A stretch of DNA of 39,111 bases, taken from the IMG/VR virus record IMGVR_UViG_3300045988_061229, positions 1-39,111 of that record; one strand, 5' to 3'. This document shows positions 7,014 to 14,254 of the stretch, piece by piece. This stretch comes from a virus. The notes beneath the pieces are model-generated. The model searched no databases and was not told the DNA's origin. It saw only the letters and a program-made list of their open reading frames with translations. Each line of letters opens with the position of its first letter. The stretch's first letter is position 1. Made by a program: the position numbers and the translations under genes.

Positions 7014-7521
7014 TCTATTTCTTGCGCGGGATGGTGGGTATTTACTCACCATCGCCACGCGGGAGAATATCGGGCCGCTGTTTGACGAGCTGCACGAGAC
7101 GGACGTTGACGTGACCGTGAAGAAGCACCGCGAAAAGCGTAGCTTGGATGCCAACGCTTACGCATGGGTATTGATGGACAAGCTCGCAGAAGTCACAGGG
7201 ACACCTACAAGCGAGGTTTACCGGCAGGCCGTGAAAGATGTCGGCGGGAACACGGAAACCGTCTGCGTGCGAGAGAAAGCCGTACAGAAGCTATGCGGCG
7301 GCTGGAACAAGAACGGTATCGGGTGGCAGACGGAAGTGATGGACAGCAAAATTGACGGCTGCAAGAATGTGGTGCTGTATTACGGTTCGTCCACCTTTGA
7401 CACAAAGCAGATGTCCCGCCTGATCGACAACATCGTGCAGGACTGCAAGGCGGTGGGCATCGAGACCTTGACCCCACAGCAGCTTGACGCGCTGAAGGAG
7501 GATTGGCGATGCACAAAATGA
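6994..7521 (+). CDS. NinB/Orf-like (or HNHc_6-like) recombination-associated protein
   Basis: Trimmed to the ATG at 6994. KRSLDANAYAW resembles the lambda NinB RSLDQN motif. Confidence 0.4.
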   Translation: MKAQLHDLFLARDGGYLLTIATRENIGPLFDELHETDVDVTVKKHREKRSLDANAYAWVLMDKLAEVTGTPTSEVYRQAVKDVGGNTETVCVREKAVQKLCGGWNKNGIGWQTEVMDSKIDGCKNVVLYYGSSTFDTKQMSRLIDNIVQDCKAVGIETLTPQQLDALKEDWRCTK

Positions 7522-7823
7522 CAAAGGCCACGTCCATCCCTAAAAGCGTCAAGGAGGTCGTATACGAGCGCGACGGCGGGCGCTGCATTCTCTGCGGGCG
7601 GAACAACGGAGAGCCTGTAGCGCACGTTATACGGCGCTCACAGGGCGGCAGAGGCATCGAGCAGAACATCGTGACGCTCTGCCCCTCCTGCCACCGAGCC
7701 TTTGACGAGGGGCCGCAGAGGACGTCGCTACACGCCTGCATCGTCGGCTACCTCAAAACGAAATATCCCGGCTGGACACGGGAGAACATGATTTACAGAA
7801 AAAACAGGGAGGAATTGAAATGA
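7509..7823 (+). CDS. HNH endonuclease
   Basis: CILCG...AHVIRRSQGGRG..NIVTLCPSCH. GAAGGAGG RBS 7 nt before the ATG at 7509. Confidence 0.8.
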   Translation: MHKMTKATSIPKSVKEVVYERDGGRCILCGRNNGEPVAHVIRRSQGGRGIEQNIVTLCPSCHRAFDEGPQRTSLHACIVGYLKTKYPGWTRENMIYRKNREELK

Positions 7824-8218
7824 GCTTGAACAGGATCAACGTCATGGGACGCATTGGAAAGGGCCTTGAGCTGCGCCGCACGCAGAGCGGCAAGGCGGTC
7901 ACCAGCTTTCCCATTGCCGTCGACCGCGACGGCAAAGACGCCGGAACGGACTGGTTTGATGTGGTCGCGTGGGAGCGCACGGCGGAGTTTGCCGCGCAAT
8001 ACTGCGCCAAGGGGCGCAAGGTAGTGGTAGACGGTCGCCTGCAGGCGCGAGACTGGACCGACAAGGACGGCAATAAGCGCCGCGCGGTCGAGATCATCGC
8101 CAATAGCGTGTACTTTGCCGACAGCAAGCCGCAGGAGGGAACCGCCGCATACAGTCCCGCACCAAGCAGCCCAGGCGAGTTTAGCGAGGTCGAGGACGAC
8201 GGGGACCTTCCGTTTTGA
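7820..8218 (+). CDS. ssb: single-stranded DNA-binding protein
   Basis: OB-fold SSB pattern (NRINVMGRIGKGLELRRTQSGKAV..F.IAV...WFDVVAWERTAEF). Acidic tail DDGDLPF. Confidence 0.9.
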   Translation: MSLNRINVMGRIGKGLELRRTQSGKAVTSFPIAVDRDGKDAGTDWFDVVAWERTAEFAAQYCAKGRKVVVDGRLQARDWTDKDGNKRRAVEIIANSVYFADSKPQEGTAAYSPAPSSPGEFSEVEDDGDLPF

Positions 8219-8230
8219 TGGAGGTGCAGC

Positions 8231-8377
8231 ATGAGATACGAGGTGCATATCGTTTCACCGCACGAAAAGGCGGTCATTGTCTTGCCCGAAGTGTCCGAGA
8301 GTGACGCGACCGATATCGCAGAGGTCATGACACGATACGGTGCGACGGTTTCCATGCTGGCAAAGCCGAAGGAGTAA
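8231..8377 (+). CDS. small hypothetical protein (48 aa)
   Basis: GGAGGTG RBS. MRYEVHIVSPHEKAVIVLPEV... Below the track cutoff. Confidence 0.4.
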   Translation: MRYEVHIVSPHEKAVIVLPEVSESDATDIAEVMTRYGATVSMLAKPKE

Positions 8378-8381
8378 AGCG

Positions 8382-8969
8382 ATGGAGCGTAATCAATTTA
8401 CTTTTTACCGAAGTTACAGGGACGCGCTGCGAGCGCTCAACGCAAAAGATTTCAAGGCCGTTGTGCTGGCAATCTGCGATTATGCGCTTGATGAAAGCGA
8501 GCCATGTCTTTCTGGCGTTCCCCACGCTGTTTTCACTTTGATTCGCCCAACGCTGGACAGCGGTCGAAACAAAGCGGCGAATCGGCAAAACAAAACGAAA
8601 ACAAAAGAAGAACAAAGTGGGAACAAATCGGAACAAACCAGCAAGGAGAAAGAGGGGGAGAAAGAGAGAGAGAAAGAGAACGATAGTTCTCTCTCTATAT
8701 CTCTCTCACGAAAGGCTCCCACGTTTGACGAGGTTGCCGAATATGCCAAGCTGCGCGGAGGGCTGATTGACCCCAAGCCATTCTACGAGTTTTACTCCGT
8801 CGCCGGTTGGAGGGATACCGAGGGCAAGCCGGTCTACAACTGGCAACAGAAATTCCAGCTATGGGAAAAGCGCGAGCTGGAGAAGAGAGGGGGCGCGATG
8901 AATGGACATGGTCACGATACTGGAAGAGATACGAAAAAATGGAACGTCCCCGGAGCCGTCAATCTCTGA
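8382..8969 (+). CDS. phage replisome organiser / DnaD-like helper
   Basis: Trimmed to the ATG at 8382. N-terminal MERNQFTFYRSY..., a K/E-rich linker, then C-terminal PTFDEVAEYA..GWRD..W. Sits upstream of the DnaC-like ATPase. Confidence 0.5.
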   Translation: MERNQFTFYRSYRDALRALNAKDFKAVVLAICDYALDESEPCLSGVPHAVFTLIRPTLDSGRNKAANRQNKTKTKEEQSGNKSEQTSKEKEGEKEREKENDSSLSISLSRKAPTFDEVAEYAKLRGGLIDPKPFYEFYSVAGWRDTEGKPVYNWQQKFQLWEKRELEKRGGAMNGHGHDTGRDTKKWNVPGAVNL

Positions 8970-9627
8970 CGAATGTCCACTCTGCGGCGGCGTGGGATAC
9001 ACCGTGCGGAGGTCAGCAGACGGAAACGCGGAGTATCGGGAGTGCGAATGCTCCATCCGCAAAAGGAATCTGCAACGCATCGAAAGAAGCGGGCTTAAAG
9101 AGCTTTTGCAGAGATGCACGATGGAAAACTATCGCGCGACTGAGCCGTGGCAGAAGCAGGCCAAAGAGGCAGCGGAACGCTATCTTGCCGATTGGCGCGG
9201 AAGATGGTTTTACGCCGGTGGAAGCCCCGGAAGCGGGAAAACGCATCTTTGCACGGCAATGTGCGGGAAGCTCATGGATGCCGGATTACCGGTGCGCTAT
9301 GTGCAATGGCGTGCGGATATTCCGGCCATCAAGGCAAAGGTTAACGATGCCGAGGCATATCAAGATGCCATTGATCCGCTGAAAAGCGTCAAGGTGCTGT
9401 ACATCGACGATTTTCTCAAGGGAACGGCGACAGAGGCCGATCGCAACATTGCGTTTGATTTGCTCAATGCTCGGTATATCAAGCCAAGCCTTTTGACAAT
9501 CATCAGCTCCGAGTGGACGATCTCGCGCGTGCTGGACTGGGACGAGGCGATAGGCTCGCGCATTGCGGAGCGGTCGAAAGGCTGCGTGCTGAATATTACC
9601 GGGGCCAAAAACTACCGGCTGAAATGA
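8902..9627 (+). CDS. DnaC/IstB-like AAA+ helicase loader
   Basis: Walker A GGSPGSGKTHL. Walker B VLYIDDF. N-terminal Cys cluster. GAGAGGGGG RBS. Confidence 0.8.
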   Translation: MDMVTILEEIRKNGTSPEPSISDECPLCGGVGYTVRRSADGNAEYRECECSIRKRNLQRIERSGLKELLQRCTMENYRATEPWQKQAKEAAERYLADWRGRWFYAGGSPGSGKTHLCTAMCGKLMDAGLPVRYVQWRADIPAIKAKVNDAEAYQDAIDPLKSVKVLYIDDFLKGTATEADRNIAFDLLNARYIKPSLLTIISSEWTISRVLDWDEAIGSRIAERSKGCVLNITGAKNYRLK

Positions 9628-9651
9628 AAGAATACCTGAGGGGGAAATGAA

Positions 9652-9882
9652 ATGACAGAAAAAGAGATCGTAGCAGCCCTGCGTGAGCACGCGGAATGGG
9701 CGCAAGCAAATGAGTGGGAAACGCCTATTACCCTGTGCGACGATCTGGAGGAAGCCGCTGACTTGATCGAGGCGCAGGTGAAAGAAATTGACGCCCTGCG
9801 GAACGAACTATGCCTGAAATGCGGAAACTACACGATGGCCCATGAGGGCGCCTGTGACGTGTGCAAATGGAGGGATATGTGA
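9652..9882 (+). CDS. hypothetical protein (76 aa)
   Basis: Track ORF with a C-terminal CxxC...CxxC. Confidence 0.55.
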   Translation: MTEKEIVAALREHAEWAQANEWETPITLCDDLEEAADLIEAQVKEIDALRNELCLKCGNYTMAHEGACDVCKWRDM

Positions 9883-10229
9883 TGGACGCTGTGAAGTTTA
9901 TCAAAGAACGCGACCGAATGTGCCGCTTTTACCACCATGCCGGGGGCTGCTATCAATGCCCCGCAAAAGACTGCGAGTGCAGTGCATTGGAAGGAATGGT
10001 TGATGATGACAACATTGTGACCATCGTCGAGGAATGGTCTGCTGCGCACCCGCGCAAGACGCGGCAGAGCGTGTTTTTAGAGCAGTGGCCTAACTGCATG
10101 ATGGGCAATGACGACGTTGTCGGGATGTGTCCAAGAAATGTTGACAAGATGCATGCCTGCAGCAATGCACAGCTCTTTAATGGGTGCACCGATTGCCGCC
10201 GTGAGTTTTGGATGCAGGAGGTGGAGTGA
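9882..10229 (+). CDS. hypothetical Cys-rich protein
   Basis: Trimmed to the ATG at 9882 (TGATG coupling). Confidence 0.55.
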   Translation: MDAVKFIKERDRMCRFYHHAGGCYQCPAKDCECSALEGMVDDDNIVTIVEEWSAAHPRKTRQSVFLEQWPNCMMGNDDVVGMCPRNVDKMHACSNAQLFNGCTDCRREFWMQEVE

Positions 10230-10232
10230 TGG
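10217..10232. repeat. 16-bp junction repeat GGAGGTGGAGTGATGG, copy 1
   Basis: Identical 16-mer at 10438-10453. Each copy contains an RBS, a stop and a start. Confidence 0.85.
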
Positions 10233-10450
10233 TTATCCCCAATTACATTCGCTCAAAGATGCACCTATGCGCCAGCCATGCCAGTCAGGCAGCAAAATAC
10301 GACCTTGAGGTTGCTAATTGGCTTGAGAAACACGGTGTTGATGTCGAGTCCATCAGCAATGGCGACGGTACATCATTCGATGAACTGTTGTATGGTAATG
10401 ACGTGACTGACGAACTGTGTCACCGCATTGAGAAAATGGAGGTGGAGTGA
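10229..10450 (+). CDS. hypothetical protein (73 aa)
   Basis: Trimmed to the ATG at 10229. Bracketed by the 16-bp junction repeats. Confidence 0.55.
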   Translation: MVIPNYIRSKMHLCASHASQAAKYDLEVANWLEKHGVDVESISNGDGTSFDELLYGNDVTDELCHRIEKMEVE

Positions 10451-10453
10451 TGG
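10438..10453. repeat. 16-bp junction repeat GGAGGTGGAGTGATGG, copy 2
   Basis: Identical to 10217-10232. Confidence 0.85.
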
Positions 10454-10875
10454 AACGACTGACATACCGCGATAAAGACGGATTCCCGATGATGAAAAAG
10501 CGTGGTGGATTCAAACAGGGAGGCGTTGAGCGCCTCGCCGCCTACGAGGACACGTGGCTGACGCCGGAGGAATTCGCGGCTTATTGGGTATTCATCCAAG
10601 ACTTGATTGGCGACCAGAAAGCCAGCGAGACTTTGTCACACCTCCGCCACCTCGCGCAGGCCGACAAAGCCGGTCGGCTGGTGGTGCTGCCGTGCGAGGT
10701 TGGAACCGCGACATATTATATCCATTATCCGATTGCGGTTTACCCAGATGAAAGCGAACCGGAAATTAAGAGGGGTATCTTTACCTTGTGCGATTTGGAT
10801 CGTGTTGGGCACTCCGTTTTTCTCACCCGCGAGGAGGCGGAGAAAGCATTGGAGGCGATGAAGGATGGCAATTAG
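10450..10875 (+). CDS. hypothetical phage protein (141 aa)
   Basis: Track ORF trimmed to the ATG at 10450. Confidence 0.6.
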   Translation: MERLTYRDKDGFPMMKKRGGFKQGGVERLAAYEDTWLTPEEFAAYWVFIQDLIGDQKASETLSHLRHLAQADKAGRLVVLPCEVGTATYYIHYPIAVYPDESEPEIKRGIFTLCDLDRVGHSVFLTREEAEKALEAMKDGN

Positions 10876-11227
10876 CAAATCAAAGCGCGAAGCGGTCTAT
10901 CGAAAGTATGACGGCCATTGTGCGTATTGTGGGCGTGAAATCGCCTACAAAAATATGCAGGTAGACCATTTTCAACCATTGAGGGCGTGGGGGATTGAGG
11001 ACGCTGGAACAGATGACCTTGACAACCTCATGCCAGCCTGCCGGATGTGCAATCATTACAAGAGAGCAAATTCGCTCGAGACATTCCGCCGCTATATCGC
11101 AGAAATTCCGCGAAAACTGCGCGAGAATTATATCTACAAGGTCGGAATTGTGTACGGCGAGATTGCAGAGCAAACACACCCGGTCAAGTTCTATTTTGAG
11201 CAACAGGAGGGGATGAAAAATGAGTAA
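10865..11227 (+). CDS. HNH endonuclease
   Basis: CAYCGREI...VDHFQPL...DNLMPACRMCNHYK. Confidence 0.8.
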   Translation: MAISKSKREAVYRKYDGHCAYCGREIAYKNMQVDHFQPLRAWGIEDAGTDDLDNLMPACRMCNHYKRANSLETFRRYIAEIPRKLRENYIYKVGIVYGEIAEQTHPVKFYFEQQEGMKNE

Positions 11228-11804
11228 GGCTGTCATGCTGAGCATTCGCCCGAAGTGGTGCGAGAAGATCGTCAACGGCAATAAGACGATTGAAGTGCGC
11301 AAGACGCGCCCGAAGATGAACACGCCGTTTAAGTGCTATATCTACTGCACCATCGGAGGGCAGGACTTAAATATTCCGATTTCTCAGGAACGGCTTATGC
11401 GCGACTATCTGGAAAGCGGCTCGATGAAATCATTGAACTGCCCGCTTGGGAACGGTAAGGTCATCGGCGAGTTTACCTGCGACCGGATCGACTGGATCAC
11501 GCACATCGGGTACACGGGCATTCCGAATTTAGTGGAGACTCGCATTTGTGACGCCGCCACCATGCGCACATCGCCCGTCGGCGGGCTGCTCAATGCAGCC
11601 TGCTTGACGCCTAAAATGCTGAATGATTACCTCGCGTGGGGCGATGGTTACGGCTGGCACATCTCCGATCTGCGCATCTACGACGAGGCGCGCGAACTGA
11701 GCGAGTTTACCGGACTGCGCAATACGAGATTCGGCGCAGCGCCATATGACATCAAGCGCGCGCCGCAGAGCTGGTGCTATGTGGAGGCGATGGACAATGG
11801 CTGA
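11220..11804 (+). CDS. ASCH-domain protein
   Basis: N-terminal AVMLSIRPKWCEKIVNGNKTIEVRKTRPK is typical of ASCH/PUA-like folds. Confidence 0.55.
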   Translation: MSKAVMLSIRPKWCEKIVNGNKTIEVRKTRPKMNTPFKCYIYCTIGGQDLNIPISQERLMRDYLESGSMKSLNCPLGNGKVIGEFTCDRIDWITHIGYTGIPNLVETRICDAATMRTSPVGGLLNAACLTPKMLNDYLAWGDGYGWHISDLRIYDEARELSEFTGLRNTRFGAAPYDIKRAPQSWCYVEAMDNG

Positions 11805-11806
11805 AT
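11792..11806. repeat. 15-bp junction repeat GGACAATGGCTGAAT, copy 1
   Basis: Identical 15-mer at 11997-12011. It spans a stop (TGA) and a start (ATG) in AATGGCTGA. Confidence 0.85.
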
Positions 11807-12009
11807 TGAAACGCTGCCCTGAGTGCGGTTGAGTTGCAACCGTTATCCATATGTACGATACCTACGATAGAGCAGATTTTAGGTGGGCTGCCGGTTGTGG
11901 GAGATATAGGGCTGGTGATGGCCTCCACACAAAGAAGATGAAAGTATCTGGGCTGCCCAGCAAAGAAAAAGCAATCGAAGCATGGAACAGGAGGGCGGAC
12001 AATGGCTGA
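11797..12009 (+). pseudogene. Lar-family (restriction-alleviation-like) gene interrupted by an in-frame TGA at 11830-11832
   Basis: MAELKRCPECG*VATVIHMYDTYDRADFRWAAGCGRYRAGDGLHTKKMKVSGLPSKEKAIEAWNRRADNG. The CPxCG start and AIEAWNRRA end are typical of Lar-like proteins. Confidence 0.55.
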
Positions 12010-12011
12010 AT
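11997..12011. repeat. 15-bp junction repeat GGACAATGGCTGAAT, copy 2
   Basis: Identical to 11792-11806. Confidence 0.85.
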
Positions 12012-12313
12012 ACATTGAGCGTGAAAAAACGGTTGAACTGCTCAGAAGTCTCGGTAATAGAGAATACCGCAAAGAAAAGGGAACTATTCAGGATGCAATC
12101 AAGATGATTTCCTACCCAGAGTATACGCCCACCGCTGTCGACGCCGTAGTCGTGACGCGGTGTAAGGACTGCGCGCATTACGAAATGGGCGTATGCCTGA
12201 AAATCTACTCGGACGGAAGCGTACATTCGGCAGCGTGGCAGAGCCGCAAGCCGGAGGACTTTTGCTCCTACGGAGAGAGAAAGGACGGAGGTGACAACGG
12301 TGCGGATGATTGA
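12002..12313 (+). CDS. hypothetical protein, paralog A (RCKDC...DFCSYGERK)
   Basis: 103-aa track ORF. Confidence 0.6.
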   Translation: MAEYIEREKTVELLRSLGNREYRKEKGTIQDAIKMISYPEYTPTAVDAVVVTRCKDCAHYEMGVCLKIYSDGSVHSAAWQSRKPEDFCSYGERKDGGDNGADD

Positions 12314-12572
12314 CGCGGACGAACTGGAAAACCAGTTTGGAGTATCCGATGAAGACCTTCTTGCACTGGACGAAATTCGACGCGTCCCCACCGTGGATGC
12401 CGTGCCGGTGGTGCGGTGTAAGGAATGCGCCGAGTTCCAGCAAAAAGGGAAATATTATAATGGGACGCCATTCGGTTATTGCTATCACTGGGATTATGAA
12501 GAAGGCTCATCTCCAAACAAAGTGGATGGTAACGATTTTTGCAGCTACGGTAAGCGGAGGGAGGACGCATGA
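12300..12572 (+). CDS. hypothetical protein, paralog B (RCKEC...DFCSYGKRR)
   Basis: GGAGG lies 8 nt before the GTG at 12300. The ATG at 12306 is an alternative start. Shares PTVDAV.VVRCK(D/E)CA...DFCSYG with the preceding gene. Confidence 0.6.
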   Translation: MRMIDADELENQFGVSDEDLLALDEIRRVPTVDAVPVVRCKECAEFQQKGKYYNGTPFGYCYHWDYEEGSSPNKVDGNDFCSYGKRREDA

Positions 12573-12697
12573 TTCGCATCATCATCGACATCGAAGACCA
12601 CGGCGACAAGATGGCGACCAAGGAGGCCGTGGCAATGGTGCTTGAGCAGTTCGGCAAGGTGCGCGTGGTCATGGTAACAGACGGGAGGGAGAAATGA
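12569..12697 (+). CDS. small hypothetical protein (42 aa)
   Basis: ATGA-type overlaps at both ends. Below the track cutoff. Confidence 0.4.
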   Translation: MIRIIIDIEDHGDKMATKEAVAMVLEQFGKVRVVMVTDGREK

Positions 12698-13104
12698 GCC
12701 TGACGGCATCTGACCTTGCGCGTCTTGGGCCTGCGGCACAAAAACAGGTGGTCGAAAAGGTGCTTGCTCAGAAAACGGGCAAGTACCACAACCGCAAAAC
12801 CGTGCGGCATGGCATCACGTTTGACAGCAAGCACGAGGCCGACCGCTATGATGAGCTGCGGCTGCTTCTGAAAGCAGGGGGAATACACGATTTGAAGCTA
12901 CAGCAGACATACAAGCTCGTGGGGGCGCAGAGAACGCCCGCAGGAGCCGCTGTGAGGGCAGTTACATACATAGCTGACTTTGTGTATTATACCCGTGACG
13001 GAAAAACAATTGTAGAGGACGCAAAGGGCTTTAAGACAAAGGACTATATCATCAAGAAAAAACTGATGCTGGAGCGATTCGGCATTTGGGTGGAGGAAGT
13101 GTAA
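12694..13104 (+). CDS. DUF1064-family protein (PD-(D/E)xK-like nuclease fold)
   Basis: KYHNRKTVRHGITFDSKHEADRYDELRLL...YIADFVY...VEDAKG pattern. Confidence 0.7.
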   Translation: MSLTASDLARLGPAAQKQVVEKVLAQKTGKYHNRKTVRHGITFDSKHEADRYDELRLLLKAGGIHDLKLQQTYKLVGAQRTPAGAAVRAVTYIADFVYYTRDGKTIVEDAKGFKTKDYIIKKKLMLERFGIWVEEV

Positions 13105-13326
13105 ATGGCAGAACAAAGTTCGACGCTGTGTTGGTCGTGCAAATACGCCTGCGGGAAATGCCCTTGGTCGGGATGCGACAAGGAAACGCGGAAGCTGAAG
13201 TGGCGGCCGGTGGAAGGTTGGCGCGCGATCAGAACAAAGGTTTTGATGAATTCTTGCGGCGGCGCTCGCAGACATTACGAAACAAGCTACATTGTCACGG
13301 CCTGCCCGCAGTACGAGGTGGGATGA
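13105..13326 (+). CDS. Cys-rich hypothetical protein (73 aa)
   Basis: CWSCKYACGKCPWSGC cluster. GGAGGAAG RBS. Confidence 0.6.
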   Translation: MAEQSSTLCWSCKYACGKCPWSGCDKETRKLKWRPVEGWRAIRTKVLMNSCGGARRHYETSYIVTACPQYEVG

Positions 13327-13327
13327 C

Positions 13328-13516
13328 ATGAGCTGCTTTAACTGTCAGGAGCGGCACGTCGGCTGTCATTCGACCTGCGAGCGATACGCTGCGTGGCTGC
13401 GAGAAAAGAAAGAGGCAAAAAGCAACGAAACGGCCAGCATAGCCGAAGAAAGCGCGATGATCAATTACATTCAGAGGTCAAAAGACCGATACAAACGGAG
13501 GGTGGGGAGAAAATGA
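13328..13516 (+). CDS. Cys-rich hypothetical protein (62 aa)
   Basis: Trimmed to the ATG at 13328. CFNCQERHVGCHSTCERY. Confidence 0.5.
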   Translation: MSCFNCQERHVGCHSTCERYAAWLREKKEAKSNETASIAEESAMINYIQRSKDRYKRRVGRK

Positions 13517-13728
13517 TTGAATTTCCCTATTGCGTCTATCCGGCGCTGAAAAAGGTTTTCTGCGAGCGGCAATATACGCGCCGCCAGCTTGCCGATGCGG
13601 TAGGCATTTCCAAAAGCAACATCTGGTGGTGGCTGTCGGGCAACAATCAGCACACCATCGACGTGATCAAAGGCATCCTCAGAGAGAGCGGCCTGACGTT
13701 TGAGGAAGCGTTCGGAGGTGCGGAATGA
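13513..13728 (+). CDS. small HTH protein (71 aa)
   Basis: Trimmed to the ATG at 13513. YTRRQLADAVGISKSNIWWWLSG. Confidence 0.55.
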   Translation: MIEFPYCVYPALKKVFCERQYTRRQLADAVGISKSNIWWWLSGNNQHTIDVIKGILRESGLTFEEAFGGAE

Positions 13729-13928
13729 AGGTAGGCGACAAGGTGCGGGCGCAATTTATGACGGTGCCGGAGGAGTTTCCGGGAAAGGCGCGAGGCGAAA
13801 AGCTGTACCCGATCCGCACCGGCGTGGTGACGTACATTCATCCGCAGAGACGCTATGTGACCGTGGCGATCATGGTAGACGGCAAGGAGATCAAAGAGAG
13901 TTTCCGATTGGAGGAGGTGCTGGCATGA
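13725..13928 (+). CDS. hypothetical small beta-rich protein (67 aa)
   Basis: Track ORF, coupled to both neighbours. Confidence 0.6.
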   Translation: MKVGDKVRAQFMTVPEEFPGKARGEKLYPIRTGVVTYIHPQRRYVTVAIMVDGKEIKESFRLEEVLA

Positions 13929-14164
13929 GCGCATTTCCCGAGCGCTTGAAGCGCTTACGGGAGAGAAAGAGAATAAAGCAATATGTACTATCTGAACTGT
14001 GCGGTCTGCACCGTGATGCGGTGAGGCGGTACGAGGCGGGGGAGGCTACGCCCACAACGGACGCATTGGAAAGCATTGCCGACAAGTTTGGGGTATCGGT
14101 CGATTATCTGCTCGGACGGACGGATAACCCGATGACCGTGGACGATTATCTAAAAAAATTTTGA
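13925..14164 (+). CDS. XRE-family HTH protein (79 aa)
   Basis: Trimmed to the ATG at 13925. LKRLRERKRIKQYVLSELCGLHRDAVRRYEAGEATPTTDALESIADKFGVSVDYLLG. Confidence 0.75.
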   Translation: MSAFPERLKRLRERKRIKQYVLSELCGLHRDAVRRYEAGEATPTTDALESIADKFGVSVDYLLGRTDNPMTVDDYLKKF

Positions 14165-14210
14165 AAATTCCCCTTTTAAGGGGAAAAATAAGAAAAACCT
14201 ATGCAAAAAT

Positions 14211-14252
14211 AGAGGCGTGATGGGGCGAGGCTCTTCACGCCTCTGCTTTTTC
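14211..14252 (+). terminator. rho-independent terminator ending the early operon
   Basis: Perfect 10-bp stem AGAGGCGTGA/TCACGCCTCT, followed by GCTTTTTC. Confidence 0.75.
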
Positions 14253-14254
14253 AT

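Noticed and set aside
11827-11850. Selenocysteine recoding at the in-frame TGA of the Lar-like gene.
   Set aside because: The small hairpin includes the TGA itself instead of lying just downstream as a bacterial SECIS element does. A GGA-to-TGA nonsense change is the simpler explanation.
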